NCBI GenBank assembly: GCA_963760795.1
Contig: CAVXEP010000013.1
Coordinates: forward strand, 32,001 to 96,000
Direction of reading: 5' to 3'
DNA from: an uncultured delta proteobacterium
Lineage (GTDB): Bacteria > Desulfobacterota > Binatia > UBA9968
Length of the DNA: 64,000 nt
How positions within the stretch are numbered: the stretch's first letter is position 1; the number at the start of each line of letters is the position of its first letter. The position numbers and the translations under genes are program-made. The notes under the pieces are model-generated. The model saw nothing but the letters and a program-made list of their open reading frames with translations, made no database searches and had not been told where the DNA came from. Positions 61,703 to 64,000 of this stretch are shown in pieces.

Positions 61703-62997
61703 ATGAAACGCCTGCCCACGGCAAACGGTCCATCCGCCCTGCCCGCCATCAACCAGCGCCGTCTCATGCGCGACTTGAACGCCATCGGCCGCATTGGCAT
61801 CGGCAACCGCGGCGGTGTGACGCGTCTGGTGTTTTCCATCAAAGAATTGCGCAGCCGGCAAGTATTGATCCACCTGATGCGCCAGGCCGGATTGAAAATC
61901 CACATCGACGCCATCGGCAACATCTTCGGCCGGCTCGAAGGCCGCGATGCAAAAGCGCCGGCGGTGCTGTCGGGCTCGCACTTGGACACGGTGATTCATG
62001 GCGGCAAGTATGACGGCCCGGTGGGCGTCATCGGCGCGCTGGAGGCGGTGCGCACCATCGGCGAGAATAAAATTCCAATCCGCTCGCCGCTGGAGGTCGT
62101 CTGCTTCGTCGGCGAGGAATCGAGCCGCTTTGGCTTCTCGACCCTCGGCAGCAGCCTGGTGGCCGGCGAAGTCCATGCGAAAGATCTTGCCAATGCCGTC
62201 GACGCCCAGGGAACCAAACTCGCCGATGTACTTTCAAGCCTTGGCATCGTGGCGAAAAGCTTGCGCGGCCTCGCCCGCGATCCGAAAAGCCTCAAGGCCT
62301 ATCTCGAACTACACATCGAACAAGGACCGATCTTAGAAGCCATCGGCAAGCGCATCGGCCTGGTCACCTCCATCGCCGCACCGAGCCGGTTCAAAGTCAT
62401 CTTCACCGGCCAGGCCGATCATTCCGGCACGACGCCGATGGAGATGCGCAAAGACGCCCTAGTCGCCGCGGCGCTGCTGATCGAGTTCATCGAAGCGACC
62501 TGCCGCGAGTTCTCGTCCATGATCAAAGGCCGCGTCGTCGGCACCGTCGGCGCAATGAAGATCGAACCCGGCGTCATCAACGCCGTGCCGGGCAGAACCG
62601 AACTGCTGGTCGATATCCGCGCCATCACCGCGCCGGCGAAAAACCGCGTTGCCCGCCTGGTCAAGGCGCAAGCGCAACGTATCGCACGCCAGCGCAGTCG
62701 TCGGCGTCGAAGTCCTGACGATACGCGAAGAAGACCCTGTGCCGCTGGATAAGCGGCTCTTGCGGCTGACGCGGCAAATCTGCGATGCCAAGACAAATCA
62801 TCTATGAGATCATGCCGTCGGGCGCCGGCCACGACGCCATGCAGATGGCCAAGATCACCCCGGCGGGAATGATTTTCATTCCCAGCCAACGCGGCATCAG
62901 CCACAACCCGCTCGAATGGACCGATCCCGACGACATCGGATTGGGCACACAATTACTCATGGAAACGATGATCCGAGTCGCCAATGAAACGTTCTAA
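61703..62997 (+). CDS. M20 Zn-hydrolase, allantoate amidohydrolase / N-carbamoyl-amino acid hydrolase type (frameshifts ~62700-62790)
   Basis: GSHLDTV, GGKYDG, ELHIEQG, HSGTTPM, SGAGHDA, GISHNP. Confidence 0.9.
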
Positions 62998-63151
62998 CAA
63001 GCCGTTGAAAAAACCTCATATGCCACAGCCTGACTACGGCAGGCGTTACGATAGTTGCACTCAATCGCCGCGCGCCAACGTACGGGCAAGTATGCCTCCG
63101 CTCGTCGATCCATCGTGCGCCTCGCCTCTGAGTACTTTTTGAACAGCTTGT
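62997..63151. mobile_element. MITE-like non-coding element
   Basis: Terminal inverted repeats acaagccgttgaaaaa / tttttgaacagcttgt (14/16 match); no coding capacity. Confidence 0.6.
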
Positions 63152-63183
63152 AAACCTAATGTCATACTCATATCGGAGTCTTG

Positions 63184-63732
63184 ATGGCGAAGCAGAATAA
63201 CAAAACAAAAAAGAAACGCATCCTTAATGCCGGGCAAATCAAAGTCATTCTCGAACGCTTCGCCCGCGAGATGGCCAAGCAATATGGCAGCTTCGATCAA
63301 GTGGCGTTCATCGGCGTGCGCACCCGCGGGCCTTACATCGCCAAACGGCTGGCCGAAATCGTCAAGAGGCGCCACGGCAAGGATATCCCCATCGGCGAGA
63401 TGGACATCACGCTGTATCGCGACGATTTGAACGCTCTCCTGCCCGGCGGCACCATCGACCACACGCGCATCCCCTTCGATATCGCCAACAAGATCGTCGT
63501 GCTCTTCGATGACGTCTTGAACACCGGCCGCACCGTGCGCGCGGCGGTCGATCATCTTATCGATCTCGGCCGCCCGCGCATGATCCACCTGGCGGTGATG
63601 ATCGACCGTGGCGGCCGCGAACTGCCAATCGCCGCCAACTACGTCGGCAAGCGGATCGATCTAAAAGCCGGCGGCAACGTCGAAGTCAAGCTGAAAGAAG
63701 TCGACAGGACCGAGGAAGTATTGGTGGAGTGA
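63184..63732 (+). CDS. pyrR: Pyrimidine operon regulator / uracil PRTase
   Basis: GVRTRG, MDITLYRDD, VLFDDVLNTGRTVRAA, DRGGRELPI. Confidence 0.92.
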   Translation: MAKQNNKTKKKRILNAGQIKVILERFAREMAKQYGSFDQVAFIGVRTRGPYIAKRLAEIVKRRHGKDIPIGEMDITLYRDDLNALLPGGTIDHTRIPFDIANKIVVLFDDVLNTGRTVRAAVDHLIDLGRPRMIHLAVMIDRGGRELPIAANYVGKRIDLKAGGNVEVKLKEVDRTEEVLVE

Positions 63733-63823
63733 AGAAAGACCTTATTCGCCACGGACGGCAAGGTTTATGCGCGGTGGGCGGATGATTTAACCGCATTGTA
63801 ACAATTAGACTTGACACAATTCG

Positions 63824-63860
63824 GCCCTCGTGGTGACTTACCGCCACGAGGGCTTTTTTT
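63824..63860 (+). terminator. Intrinsic terminator or attenuator
   Basis: GCCCTCGTGG-N10-CCACGAGGGC-T7. Confidence 0.85.
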
Positions 63861-63877
63861 CAGCGTAGGAGGTTAAT

Positions 63878-64000
63878 ATGCATCGAACATTGTTCATTTT
63901 TATGACGGCGTTGCTCTGTTTCGTCAATGACATCGCTTCAGCCAGAGACGTCGTCATCGTTACCTCGTTCCCCAAGGAACTGTTCGAGACCTATAAAAAA
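63878..64000 (+). CDS. ABC substrate-binding protein, 5' part (partial, window edge)
   Basis: AGGAGG RBS, signal peptide, VVIVTSFPKELFETYKK. Confidence 0.75.
   Translation, partial: MHRTLFIFMTALLCFVNDIASARDVVIVTSFPKELFETYKK

Overview
GC-rich bacterial chromosomal window. The gene content resembles soil Deltaproteobacteria-like lineages such as Candidatus Binatia (inference only): many orphan substrate-binding proteins, several amidohydrolases and dense families of short intergenic repeats. About 15 otherwise intact genes are split by 1-bp indels, most likely uncorrected long-read errors. Main blocks: (i) a ~6.9 kb more AT-rich island (2811-9664) bounded by a ~52-bp direct repeat that spans the 3' ends of two ABC_sub_bind paralogs, carrying a stand-alone LigD-type ligase domain, many tiny ORFs and a candidate structured sRNA; (ii) a run of orphan solute-binding proteins with hydrolases; (iii) degraded attC-like sites upstream of gfa; (iv) a zincin peptidase plus ATP-grasp ligase pair; (v) a sigma54-driven solo PaaA-like di-iron protein; (vi) a divergent GntR-controlled catabolic cluster (ABC, UbiD / cyclic amidohydrolase, Mo-hydroxylase); (vii) amidase, deaminase, pyrE, AllC-like and pyrR genes. 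No rRNA, tRNA, CRISPR array, integrase or transposase was seen.
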